NCBI RefSeq assembly: GCF_937981445.1
Contig: NZ_CALJON010000008.1
Location: 124,442 to 188,441, forward strand
Origin: an uncultured Veillonella sp.
Lineage (GTDB): Bacteria; Bacillota; Negativicutes; Veillonellales; Veillonellaceae
DNA: 64,000 bases
Direction: 5' to 3'
In this document: positions 35,063 to 44,035 of the stretch, piece after piece
Layout: each line of letters begins with the position of its first letter
How positions within the stretch are numbered: the first letter of the stretch is position 1
Notes under the pieces: model-generated
Databases searched by the model: none
What the model saw: only the letters and a program-made list of their open reading frames with translations
Told to the model about the DNA's origin: nothing
Made by a program: the position numbers and the translations under genes

Positions 35063-35743
35063 TTACATCATTCCCTGACCATATATAACTAAACCAATTG
35101 TAATGGCCAGGAGAATCAAAGTTACCAAGTAATCAAGGCCACGCATACCTACCTTAGCAACGAAGCTATGGTCTTCATTGCCAAAGCCGCGGAGTTCCAA
35201 TGACAGCGCCATTGTTTCCGAGCGACCTAAGGATTTTAAAAGTAATGGCTGCATGATAGAGCCATAGGATTTACAGCGTTTTAAAAAGTTACTATCTAGT
35301 GCTAGTCCTCGGCATGCTTGTGCCTCTTGAACGGCCCGACTTTCGGCAATAAAGTCTGGCACAAAGCGTAAGGCCGCCGTAAACATAAAGGCATATTCAT
35401 AAGGGATTTTACACTGTGTTACAAGAGCTGCCGTTAAATCCTGCAATTTAGTTGTCGCCAAAAGCATAATAAATACCATGGTCATACAGAGCATGCGAAG
35501 GCCTGTTACATAAGCCGACTCTAAAGTGCCGCCACCTACGTATTGCACTAAAGATAAAAATGCCGCAAAGACAGCCAAAGTAAGTACAGCCTTATATTGT
35601 TTTACCAATAAACCGGTTACGAGTAACAATACAAGCTCTAAGCCTAATAATAAAGAAAGTTCCAAGGATGTTTGAAGTAAAATAGCCCAAATAGAGAAGG
35701 CAATGGTCATTAATATTTTTGTAAATGGTACAAGTCGTTTCAT
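35063..35743 (-). CDS. ecfT: ECF transporter transmembrane (T) component
   Basis: 226 aa, CbiQ/EcfT-like, with coupling-helix Arg motifs (AESRAVQEAQACRG, SETMALSLELRG). Confidence 0.85.
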   Translation of the reverse strand: MKRLVPFTKILMTIAFSIWAILLQTSLELSLLLGLELVLLLVTGLLVKQYKAVLTLAVFAAFLSLVQYVGGGTLESAYVTGLRMLCMTMVFIMLLATTKLQDLTAALVTQCKIPYEYAFMFTAALRFVPDFIAESRAVQEAQACRGLALDSNFLKRCKSYGSIMQPLLLKSLGRSETMALSLELRGFGNEDHSFVAKVGMRGLDYLVTLILLAITIGLVIYGQGMM

Positions 35744-35752
35744 AATTGCCTC

Positions 35753-36595
35753 CTATTTCATCATATCTACTGTATGAGCCTTCACTGCTGCACCTTGTTT
35801 TAGTGCTAACATGCGCTCTTCAAACTCAACCATGGACTTGCAATACCCAATCCCTGGTACGGCATCAGATAATTCTACACAAGCAGGCTTAGTCAATCCT
35901 AAATCGAATAAATCATCACGTTTGGTAAACAATTCTTCTGGTGTACCATCAAAGGCCTTGGTGCCATAGCCAACAATAATGGCTCGCGTACAATGACCAG
36001 CGATAATTTCCATATCATGAGTCACTAGTATAATTGTTAAACCTGTAGCGCGCAATGTTTCTAATAGTTCCAATAACTCTCGTGTTTCCTTGCCATCTTG
36101 ACCACTCGTTGGCTCATCAAGGATTAAAATCTTTGAATTCATAGCCAATGCTGAGGCAATGGCCACCCTTTGTTTTTCACCGCGGCGCAATGTTGGTGGG
36201 TAGGCCTCTTTTAAATGAAGAATCCCTGTTTGCGCCAAAGCTCGATCTGTAATTTCACTAACCTCAGCTTTTGTATACCCTAATTGCTCGGGACCAAAAG
36301 ATACTTCTGCCCCTACAGTGGGACGGAACATTTGGCGATCTGGCTGTTGAAATACATAGCCTATGAAACGGCCCCGATCAGCTGGTGCAAGTTTTGTAAT
36401 ATCTTCGCCATCATAATATATGTTGCCACCGCGAGGCTTTTCAAGCCCCATTAAAAGTCTTGTTACCGTTGTTTTGCCACATCCATTGCGGCCCCCTAAA
36501 GCGATAAACTCGCCTTCTCCTATGGTAAAATCCACATCATCAATTATGTCACGACCTGGCACATAACCAAATCGTAAGCCCTTCACTTCTAACAT
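35753..36595 (-). CDS. ecfA: ECF transporter ATPase component
   Basis: 280 aa. Walker A GRNGCGKTT, signature LRRGEKQRVAIA, Walker B ILILDEPTSGQD. Confidence 0.9.
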   Translation of the reverse strand: MLEVKGLRFGYVPGRDIIDDVDFTIGEGEFIALGGRNGCGKTTVTRLLMGLEKPRGGNIYYDGEDITKLAPADRGRFIGYVFQQPDRQMFRPTVGAEVSFGPEQLGYTKAEVSEITDRALAQTGILHLKEAYPPTLRRGEKQRVAIASALAMNSKILILDEPTSGQDGKETRELLELLETLRATGLTIILVTHDMEIIAGHCTRAIIVGYGTKAFDGTPEELFTKRDDLFDLGLTKPACVELSDAVPGIGYCKSMVEFEERMLALKQGAAVKAHTVDMMK

Positions 36596-36631
36596 AGCAT
36601 CCTCCTATTGGTGCTGTATCCAACTTTATCT

Positions 36632-38095
36632 TTAATTCTTCAATCCAGCTTTAGCAGCTTTTACACTGAGCCATGGCTCATTAAATGTATAGCCACCTTG
36701 TTCAAGACGCATATAAGTAACAAAGATAGAAGGCAACGCATCTACATAAATATTATGTTCATACATATAGCGCAAGGTCGCTTCTGCCGTATCATCACAT
36801 TGTAAGGCCCCATCTACCATGAGAGCTACGCGATTGGCATAAGGAAGTACAGCCTGTAAATCATGGTCAATAACTACTACTGTGATGCCATAGTCCTTAT
36901 TTAAACTGCCTACTAAACGATATAACTCTTCGGTCCCTTCTGGATCTAGGGAGCTCGTTGGTTCGTCTAATACTAAGATTGATGGGTTCGTAGCCAACAC
37001 GGAAGCGATAGCCAAGCGTTGACGCTGGCCGCCAGAAAGGCTCGTGATTTTTCGCTCTTCCATGCCTTCAAGGCCGACTTGTTTAAATACGATAGCACTG
37101 CGTTCCTTAATCTCGTCTGGTGTATAACCTCGATTTTCCATGGCAAAGGCCACTTCTTCGCCTACTGTCATAGTGACGAGCTGCGTATCATAATCGGCTA
37201 ATACAACGCCAATTTCCGTAGCAAGTTCTGCTATTTCTAATTGTGTTGTCGCCTTGCCATTAACAAATACCATGCCCTCCATACGGCCGCCATAAAATTT
37301 AGGTACCGCCCCAATCATGGCCATGCACAAGGTGGATTTACCACAACCCGCTGGACCTGTAATAACCAAGAAATCTCCATCATTAACAACTAAATTTACA
37401 TCTTTAATCGCTGGCTCTTCCCTATGACCATAGTAATAAGTAAAATGTTCCATGCTGATTTTTCCATCCACCGCAGGCACTAATTCTAACTCACTATGAT
37501 CACTGGTAATTACTTCATCAGCACTCGGTAAGTAGCCACGGCGAGCAAATAAACGCTGTGCGGGAATAAAAAGAAGTGGTGTTACTACAGCATTACAAAG
37601 GGATATGATTAAAACTAAAGGCCACATGCCTTTTAAATATACATCTAAAGGTAAATCTAACAATACATATAAAATACTAACAAATATGCCCCCAGATACT
37701 AAGGTACTAAAGAACCCAGACACAACTGGTGGTATTACATTTCGGCCTAATTTAACGCGGCTAAATAATTGTACTACAAAGGCACAAACAAGAGCCCCAG
37801 CTGGTTCACTTAGCAAATTAGCATAAGGAAACGCGGACTTAGAAGTCATCACATTAATAAGCGCTGCCACAAGACCAATCCCTACCGCTTGCCGATAATT
37901 AGGGCGGGTTAAGTGAATTGCTACACAGTACGTAGCAATCATCCAATTCGGCGTAATCCCCGCCACACTAGGGCTCACTAAGTGTAAAATAGTGCCCAAG
38001 GCGAGCATCAAGGTACTTACTGTTACCCAGCGAAACTGACCGCCTTGCATATGTGTATATACTAATTTTGAAACATCAGTCACTCGTTCCATCAT
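36632..38095 (-). CDS. Fusion of an ECF substrate-specific (S) membrane domain with an ECF ATPase domain
   Basis: The ORF track starts at 38137, inside the leader terminator. The ATG at 38095 follows AGGAGG. About 200 aa with 5-6 TM segments, then an ABC domain (GPAGCGKST, LSGGQRQRLAIA, ILVLDEPTSSLD). Confidence 0.85.
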   Translation of the reverse strand: MMERVTDVSKLVYTHMQGGQFRWVTVSTLMLALGTILHLVSPSVAGITPNWMIATYCVAIHLTRPNYRQAVGIGLVAALINVMTSKSAFPYANLLSEPAGALVCAFVVQLFSRVKLGRNVIPPVVSGFFSTLVSGGIFVSILYVLLDLPLDVYLKGMWPLVLIISLCNAVVTPLLFIPAQRLFARRGYLPSADEVITSDHSELELVPAVDGKISMEHFTYYYGHREEPAIKDVNLVVNDGDFLVITGPAGCGKSTLCMAMIGAVPKFYGGRMEGMVFVNGKATTQLEIAELATEIGVVLADYDTQLVTMTVGEEVAFAMENRGYTPDEIKERSAIVFKQVGLEGMEERKITSLSGGQRQRLAIASVLATNPSILVLDEPTSSLDPEGTEELYRLVGSLNKDYGITVVVIDHDLQAVLPYANRVALMVDGALQCDDTAEATLRYMYEHNIYVDALPSIFVTYMRLEQGGYTFNEPWLSVKAAKAGLKN

Positions 38096-38116
38096 AAACC
38101 TCCTAAAAAAGGGTAT

Positions 38117-38510
38117 AAAAAAAACCTTCCAATCCAACTAATACAAATGTACTAGGGACGAAGGTTACTCCGCGGTGCCACCCCAATTGATTCAATACGA
38201 ATCCGGCTCACTACGTACGGCTCATCATAGAAAGTGATAGAACTGTAAAAGAATTACATACATAGCAAACGCTCTTATATATTGCTCTTCCTATCTGGCG
38301 ATACGCGCTCCTTTGTTAACGGTCAGAGACGACCGGTGGTACCTACTCAAATTCGGGCCACATCTCCCAGGGCCATTCCTTACAATGTCCAGCATCGGGC
38401 TTCCACCACTCCCAACTCGCTGTAGCTGACTACTTATAAGTACTCTTCCTGTTCGTAGATGATGTCTTTATGTTTTGCTTAATTATACACACAAGAAAAT
38501 ACTAAGTCAA
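38117..38510 (-). promoter_or_regulatory. T-box riboswitch leader (specifier probably UGG, Trp) with promoter, upstream of the ECF operon
   Basis: Minus strand: TTGACT-17-TATAAT; AGAGUA-CUUAUAA stem partner UUGUAAG-GAA-UGG-C; AG bulge AGCGAG; distal loop AGUGGUGGAAG; T-box core AAUUGGGGUGGCACCGCG; terminator AACCTTCG ... GGAAGGTT followed by TTTTTTTT. Confidence 0.85.
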
Positions 38511-38535
38511 TAGGAAGATATGTATTTTTATTAAT

Positions 38536-38564
38536 TTGACAAATGTCTCGCTATATACTACTAT
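38536..38564 (+). promoter_or_regulatory. sigma70-type promoter of the pan-operon leader, divergent from the T-box promoter
   Basis: TTGACA-17 nt-TACTAT. Confidence 0.55.
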
Positions 38565-38787
38565 CATAACGTAGTGTGAAGCACCTAGCTTTTTATAGAG
38601 CCCTACTTTGGAATGAAAGCGCCATAGAGGCTAATATCAAATGGTATCGACTCAGAACTGTATTGATATTGAATCATGCCGCATCATATCCTACACAGTA
38701 TGCCTAGTAACAGCCATTCACTTACAAACGCAATATTCGCTTGGATCAATTAGACCGGGACGAGACGCAACAAAAGAGATTTTTCAT

Positions 38788-38818
38788 GCGCATTTCGGGC
38801 CGAAGTGCGCCTTTTTTT
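38788..38818 (+). terminator. Intrinsic terminator inside the 5' leader of the pan operon
   Basis: GCGCATTTC-GGGCC-GAAGTGCGC followed by CTTTTTTT, 136 nt upstream of the first pan-operon start codon. Confidence 0.8.
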
Positions 38819-38953
38819 ATATGGGACCAGTCTGCTTTAGCCTGGCCCTCTTACGCGTTAGCCGTACCGGAATTCACTTTATTACACAAAGTATTCAATT
38901 CCTGTAAAGCTAGCGCGTTTTCTTTTGTTCCCTATCCGGCAGAAAGGAGAATT

Positions 38954-39883
38954 ATGAATCTCGGTATTATCGGTGGTGGTAAAGTGGGGACTACCTTAGG
39001 CCTCTACTTAAAAGACCAGCTTCGAGGAATTACGGCGCATTCTAAAGAATCATCAGAAAAATTAGCGACCTATTTTAAGCTCCCCCCCCCCTATACTAAT
39101 GAAGAGTTAGTACAGGTAAGTGATGTCATTTTCATTACCGTTCCCGACCGAATGATTGGCCCTATGGCTTATGAATTAGCCCAATCCATAGGAAAAAGAC
39201 TTCAGCCCAATCAAAGCCTACAAGGCAAGACGTTTCTACACTGCAGTGGCAGTTTAGGCCTAGAAACACTGGCCCCCTTGCAAGCATTAGGGGCATCCAC
39301 CGGGAGCCTTCATCCCTTACAAAGCTTTGCGATTCATCCTCTAGAAAGAACTCGCCCAGATACACCCCCACACCTAGATAGTATAACGGATCTCAACGGT
39401 GTGTTCATGGCCCTAGATGGTGATAACCAAGCCCTCCAAGTTGGTGAGGCCATCGTCAATTTATTAAAAGGTCATGCCTTTCACGTGCCGGCCCAGGAGC
39501 GTCCGCTCTATCATGCAGCCGCCTGCCTTTGTTCTAATTATGTAGTTACCTTAGAAACACTGGCTACTAAACTCATGAGCCGTTGGGCTGGTGAGCATGC
39601 TTGGGAAGCCTTACGGCCCTTATTTGAAGGTACTGTTAAGAATCTAACACAAGAGCCTCCCCCTAAGCAAGGGCCCAATCCTGCCGCAGCGTTAACAGGG
39701 CCTATTGCGAGAGGTGATAAAGCCACTATTAAGAGTCATTTAGACCAAATGCCAGTAGAGTTAAAAGAACTCTATTGTGTATTAGGCCGCTATACTACAA
39801 CTATCGCCGTAGAACAAGGATATATTGATTCATCCACAGCCCAATCCTTTGAAGCACTATGGCAAGAGATGTTAACTAAGTAA
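38954..39883 (+). CDS. Rossmann-fold / DUF2520-type oxidoreductase, candidate ketopantoate reductase
   Basis: The ORF track starts at a TTG (38741) and runs through the terminator. The ATG at 38954 follows AAAGGAGA. Dinucleotide fold MNLGIIGGGKVG. First gene of the panBCD operon. Confidence 0.75.
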   Translation: MNLGIIGGGKVGTTLGLYLKDQLRGITAHSKESSEKLATYFKLPPPYTNEELVQVSDVIFITVPDRMIGPMAYELAQSIGKRLQPNQSLQGKTFLHCSGSLGLETLAPLQALGASTGSLHPLQSFAIHPLERTRPDTPPHLDSITDLNGVFMALDGDNQALQVGEAIVNLLKGHAFHVPAQERPLYHAAACLCSNYVVTLETLATKLMSRWAGEHAWEALRPLFEGTVKNLTQEPPPKQGPNPAAALTGPIARGDKATIKSHLDQMPVELKELYCVLGRYTTTIAVEQGYIDSSTAQSFEALWQEMLTK

Positions 39884-39915
39884 AGTAAACTATTCTACCC
39901 TGTAAGGAGGCAATT

Positions 39916-40782
39916 ATGCTACTCAATACCCCTGAAAAAGAATCTCCCAGAAAACCTGTGACGGTCAGTACCATTCGCACTATGAAGGCCCATAAAGAAC
40001 CTATTTCTATGATTACAGCGTATGATGTTGCCATGGCTCGCAATGTAAATGAAGCAGGCATCGACATGATTTTAGTAGGCGATTCCCTAGGCAATGTAGT
40101 CCTCGGCTACCAATCCACGGTACCTGTTACTATGGACGAAATGATTCATCACACCAAAGCCGTGATGCGCGGTAATAGTACCGCGCTGGTAGTCGCTGAT
40201 ATGCCATTTATGAGCTACCAAGCTAGTCTCTCTGACGGCCTATATAATGCAGGTCGCTTACTAAAAGAAACAGGTTGTACCGCTGTAAAATTAGAAGGCG
40301 GCAGTGAAGTCTGTGAGCTAGTAGAAAAGCTCACCACCGCAGGCATTCCTGTTGTAGCCCATATTGGCTTAACCCCACAATCGGTAAATCAATTAGGGGG
40401 CTTTAAAGTACAAGGAAAAGACCTAACAGCAGCCAAAAAGCTCCTAGCCGATGCCAAAGCCCTAGAAGCAGCCGGTGCGTTTGCCTGTGTGCTAGAATGT
40501 GTACCTGCTGCCTTGGCCGCATCCATTACGGCAGAACTTAATACGATGGCCACCATTGGCATTGGTGCAGGCCATGGTTGCGATGGACAAGTCCTTGTTT
40601 GCAATGATCTACTTGGTGTAAGCACAGGCTTTTGTCCTAAATTTGTAAAACAATATGCCAATTTGCATGATATAACGGTTAACGCTGTAAAAGAGTATAT
40701 TGCAGATGTAAAATCTCGTAACTTTCCAGCCCCAGAACATACCTTTAAAATAGATGATTCTGTGCTAGAAAAACTATATTAA
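39916..40782 (+). CDS. panB: 3-methyl-2-oxobutanoate hydroxymethyltransferase
   Basis: 288 aa. MITAYD, VGDSLGNVVLGY and KLEGG blocks typical of PanB. AAGGAGG RBS. Confidence 0.95.
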   Translation: MLLNTPEKESPRKPVTVSTIRTMKAHKEPISMITAYDVAMARNVNEAGIDMILVGDSLGNVVLGYQSTVPVTMDEMIHHTKAVMRGNSTALVVADMPFMSYQASLSDGLYNAGRLLKETGCTAVKLEGGSEVCELVEKLTTAGIPVVAHIGLTPQSVNQLGGFKVQGKDLTAAKKLLADAKALEAAGAFACVLECVPAALAASITAELNTMATIGIGAGHGCDGQVLVCNDLLGVSTGFCPKFVKQYANLHDITVNAVKEYIADVKSRNFPAPEHTFKIDDSVLEKLY

Positions 40783-40804
40783 TCTTTGAAAGAAGGACAT
40801 ACTT

Positions 40805-41659
40805 ATGAAATGCATTCACACTGTAGCCGAGCTTCGTCAAGAAATTCAAAATGCTAAATTACAACAAAAAACCATCGGTTTAGTTCCTACTATGGGCGCG
40901 CTTCACGAAGGCCATGCATCCCTTATTAAGGCTGCACACGAAGAAAATGATATGGTCGTAGTCAGTGTATTCGTCAACCCTACCCAGTTTGGCCCTGGCG
41001 AAGACTTAGATGCTTATCCACGTACCTTAGAAGCCGATTGCCACTTAGCCCAAGCCATGGGGGCCACCATCGTCTTTGCCCCTTCCCCTAAGGAGATGTA
41101 TCCCAGTGATGAGCCTACTTGGGTCGAAGTAATGGGGGATATTACTAAAGTGCTTTGCGGACGCACCCGCCCTATCCATTTCAGAGGGGTTACTACAGTC
41201 GTTACCAAACTTATCAATTTAGCACAGCCAAATCGAGCCTACTTTGGACAAAAAGATGCACAGCAAGTGGAAGTACTAAAACGACTCGTAAAGGACTTAT
41301 TCATCCCCGTTGAGCTCCGCATCATGCCCATTGTGAGGGAAGCTGATGGCCTTGCGAAAAGTTCCCGCAATACCTATTTAAGTCCAGAAGAACATAAAGC
41401 AGCCCTTATTTTAAATCAAAGCCTTAAGGCCGCTCAAACAGCCTTTGAACAGGGCGCGCACGAAGCTGACAAATTAGTGGAGTTAACTAAAACCTCTATT
41501 CAAAGGGAACCAAAAAGTCAAATTGATTATGTAGAAATCTATGCCTTACCAGGCCTTACAGCACCTCGTACACCTATGACAGGAGCACATCTTCTTGCTG
41601 TCGCTGTAAAATTTGGCACGACGCGCCTCATTGATAATGTCATTTTAGAAGAAAAATAA
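40805..41659 (+). CDS. panC: Pantoate--beta-alanine ligase
   Basis: 284 aa. HIGH-type motif PTMGALHEGHASLI, plus FVNPTQF and FGQKDAQQ. Confidence 0.95.
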   Translation: MKCIHTVAELRQEIQNAKLQQKTIGLVPTMGALHEGHASLIKAAHEENDMVVVSVFVNPTQFGPGEDLDAYPRTLEADCHLAQAMGATIVFAPSPKEMYPSDEPTWVEVMGDITKVLCGRTRPIHFRGVTTVVTKLINLAQPNRAYFGQKDAQQVEVLKRLVKDLFIPVELRIMPIVREADGLAKSSRNTYLSPEEHKAALILNQSLKAAQTAFEQGAHEADKLVELTKTSIQREPKSQIDYVEIYALPGLTAPRTPMTGAHLLAVAVKFGTTRLIDNVILEEK

Positions 41660-41811
41660 AATTACCAATCTAGAGACATCATATAGTAAAAAAGCTCTCT
41701 CTGAGTAATAATAAAATAACCAAAAGCCAGTTCGAAGAGATGTAGGTTATTTAGAAAAACTAAGATAGAAGATAGAAATAGAAAACACATAATAAACTAA
41801 AAGGAGTCTGT

Positions 41812-42195
41812 ATGTTATACAATATGTTTCATGGAAAAATCCATCGTGCCACTGTAACGAAAGCTTGTCTTGAATATATGGGGAGCATCACCATTGATAG
41901 TGAGCTCTTAGAATTATCGGGCATTTTACCTGGAGAACGCGTACAAATCGTAGACAACAATAATGGTAATCGTCTAGAAACCTATGTAATAGCTGGTGAA
42001 CCAGGAAGTGGTGTGATTTGCCTAAATGGCGCTGCCGCACGGAAAGTACAAGTCGGTGATACGGTCATCATCATCGCCTACAGCCTTATGACAGAAGAAG
42101 AGGCCAAAACCTTTGAACCAAAGGTTGTTATGGTCGATGAACATAATCATCCCATCAATGTGCGCGGTACAGAAAAAGAAAGGGAAATCGGCTAA
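41812..42195 (+). CDS. panD: Aspartate 1-decarboxylase (pyruvoyl type)
   Basis: 127 aa. KIHRATVT and the self-cleavage site YMGSITID. Confidence 0.95.
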   Translation: MLYNMFHGKIHRATVTKACLEYMGSITIDSELLELSGILPGERVQIVDNNNGNRLETYVIAGEPGSGVICLNGAAARKVQVGDTVIIIAYSLMTEEEAKTFEPKVVMVDEHNHPINVRGTEKEREIG

Positions 42196-42220
42196 TACAG
42201 TCCCATAGCCGCACATAACA

Positions 42221-42327
42221 AAAACCTCTAGACTCTATATGTTGTGAACGTCTCATATTAGACCTTATATCTAACCTGAGAACATCAGTTCAAACCAACT
42301 ATAGCGTCTAGAGGTTTTCTATTTTTT
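42221..42327. terminator. Long-range hairpin terminator between convergent panD and the zinc-ribbon cluster
   Basis: AAAACCTCTAGAC-72 nt-GTCTAGAGGTTTT followed by CTATTTTTT. Confidence 0.6.
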
Positions 42328-42379
42328 CTAGTTTTATTTTTCTAATTTTTTTATTTTTAGTTTGTAACTAGCTTCTTAA

Positions 42380-43039
42380 TTATTGGAAATAATGTTGCTT
42401 AGTCACAGGGTCATACGTAGGCACTGGACCATATTCGTTAGGGAATGGTTTTGTATTTAAACAACCCACAACAATGCTACCAACACCGCCGAATAGACTC
42501 GCTAAAAGGATCCACCAACCAGCATAGCCCGCATCATGCAAACGGCGTACAGATACACCTAAGCTTGGCAAAACAAGAGCAAGAATTACAAGACCAGATA
42601 AAATATCGGCCCCTTCGTCATCCCCAATAAGAGCACCTAATAGAGCGGCAATAAAGACGATAATAAAGGTAGCTAATGTGAAATACCAATACTCCTTACG
42701 ACTTGCACGGCCTGTAAAGCAAAAGTACTTCTTAGTTAAAATCATCATAAAATTATCAATAAATGGAGGTGCACTTTCCCAATTAGGTGGTAATTGTTGG
42801 TACCCACCTTGTTGGTACGCCCCTTGAGGTTGACCATAACCTTGTTGTGGCTGTTGGTAAGAACCTACTTGATTTACGGGAGCACCTACAGGACCATTTA
42901 CTTGACCTGCTGGGCGATTGCTCACAGGATTCGCTGGTGCTGAACCATTATTTTGTGCTGGCTGCGCTAAATGCTCACCGCAATTAGGACAAAAGGCTGC
43001 ACCATCATTAATTTGCTTTCCGCATTCTGGACAAAACAT
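42380..43039 (-). CDS. Zinc-ribbon / Q,P,G,Y-rich linker / DUF805-type membrane protein
   Basis: MFCPECGKQ..FCPNCG; linker QQPQQGYGQPQGAYQQGGYQQ; GRASRKEYWYF ... RRLHDAGYAGWW with 3-4 TM segments. The second ATG is preferred (AGGAGG 6 nt upstream). Confidence 0.8.
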   Translation of the reverse strand: MFCPECGKQINDGAAFCPNCGEHLAQPAQNNGSAPANPVSNRPAGQVNGPVGAPVNQVGSYQQPQQGYGQPQGAYQQGGYQQLPPNWESAPPFIDNFMMILTKKYFCFTGRASRKEYWYFTLATFIIVFIAALLGALIGDDEGADILSGLVILALVLPSLGVSVRRLHDAGYAGWWILLASLFGGVGSIVVGCLNTKPFPNEYGPVPTYDPVTKQHYFQ

Positions 43040-43102
43040 CATATGCCTCCTTATAAAATAAATATAATAAGTTCAAACTAGTATATCATATACATAGAGT
43101 AT

Positions 43103-43966
43103 TTAAAAATTTTGCCCATGTCTCTGACTATGTGGCACATAATATCTAAAATCGGGTAAAGGCCCAAATTCATTAGGCTGAGGATCACTCTCTAAGCACA
43201 TGAAGACTAGCAATACAAAACTTCCTATGCCTGTTAATCCTAGCAAAAGCCATAAGGTACTGCGCCCTGTATCATGTAAGCGCCTGGCCGTAACGGCCAA
43301 ATTCGGCAAGAAGAACACCATCGGTGCAATGTAAAGGCTAATTCCTAAAGTAAAAATAGCCGTTACTATAGTGATAACTAATGTAGCCAATTGAAAGTAC
43401 CAATATTCTTGCCTAGTAGCACGACCTTCAAAATTTACAAAATTATCTAAAAAGCACCATTTAAAATTCTCCACAATGCCAGGAGAACTCACCCATCCAG
43501 CGGGATATTTACTATAACCATAAGTTCCTTGAGAATTATAAGGCCCTTGAGAGTTATAAGTCCCATAGGCTCCATTAGTCTGACCTGCACTATACCCCGC
43601 GCCATACCCTGTGCCATTAGGAGCAGCAGGTACCTGCATACCATTAGTAACAGTAGGTACCTGCGTACTATTAGCAACAGTAGGTACTTGCGTACCATTA
43701 ATAGGGGGTAGCGAGCCATTTACTCCATTCGGTGGCGCTGCTGGATTCATTACATAGGGATGACGAATCGCTCCCCATTGCGAATGGCCTTGTGCCCCAC
43801 CTGGCGAATTAGGTGAATAGCCCCGTGATTGCGCCATGGGTTGACCTGCACCATTATGTCTGCCTTGGGGGCCTTGTATGGAGCGGTTCATATGAAGTTG
43901 CGAACCACAGTGTGTACAAAATGCCGATCCTTCATTTACGGCCTTACCACATTGGGGACAAAACAT
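43103..43966 (-). CDS. Zinc-ribbon / low-complexity linker / DUF805-type membrane protein
   Basis: MFCPQCGKA..FCTHCG; 27-nt DNA repeats encoding VPTV(A/T)N(S/G)(T/M)Q; GRATRQEYWYF ... RRLHDTGRS. Confidence 0.8.
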   Translation of the reverse strand: MFCPQCGKAVNEGSAFCTHCGSQLHMNRSIQGPQGRHNGAGQPMAQSRGYSPNSPGGAQGHSQWGAIRHPYVMNPAAPPNGVNGSLPPINGTQVPTVANSTQVPTVTNGMQVPAAPNGTGYGAGYSAGQTNGAYGTYNSQGPYNSQGTYGYSKYPAGWVSSPGIVENFKWCFLDNFVNFEGRATRQEYWYFQLATLVITIVTAIFTLGISLYIAPMVFFLPNLAVTARRLHDTGRSTLWLLLGLTGIGSFVLLVFMCLESDPQPNEFGPLPDFRYYVPHSQRHGQNF

Positions 43967-44035
43967 GGTATCACCTCTTTTCCATAATATCCTATCATAA
44001 ACTTTTTATCATTTAGCTTCATTATACACTATCTA

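Noticed and set aside
38641-38907. 88-aa ORF, and the 5' part (38741-38953) of the 380-aa ORF
   Set aside because: Both read straight through a strong intrinsic terminator (38788-38818). The downstream ATG at 38954 has a proper RBS and begins with the Rossmann GxGxxG motif.
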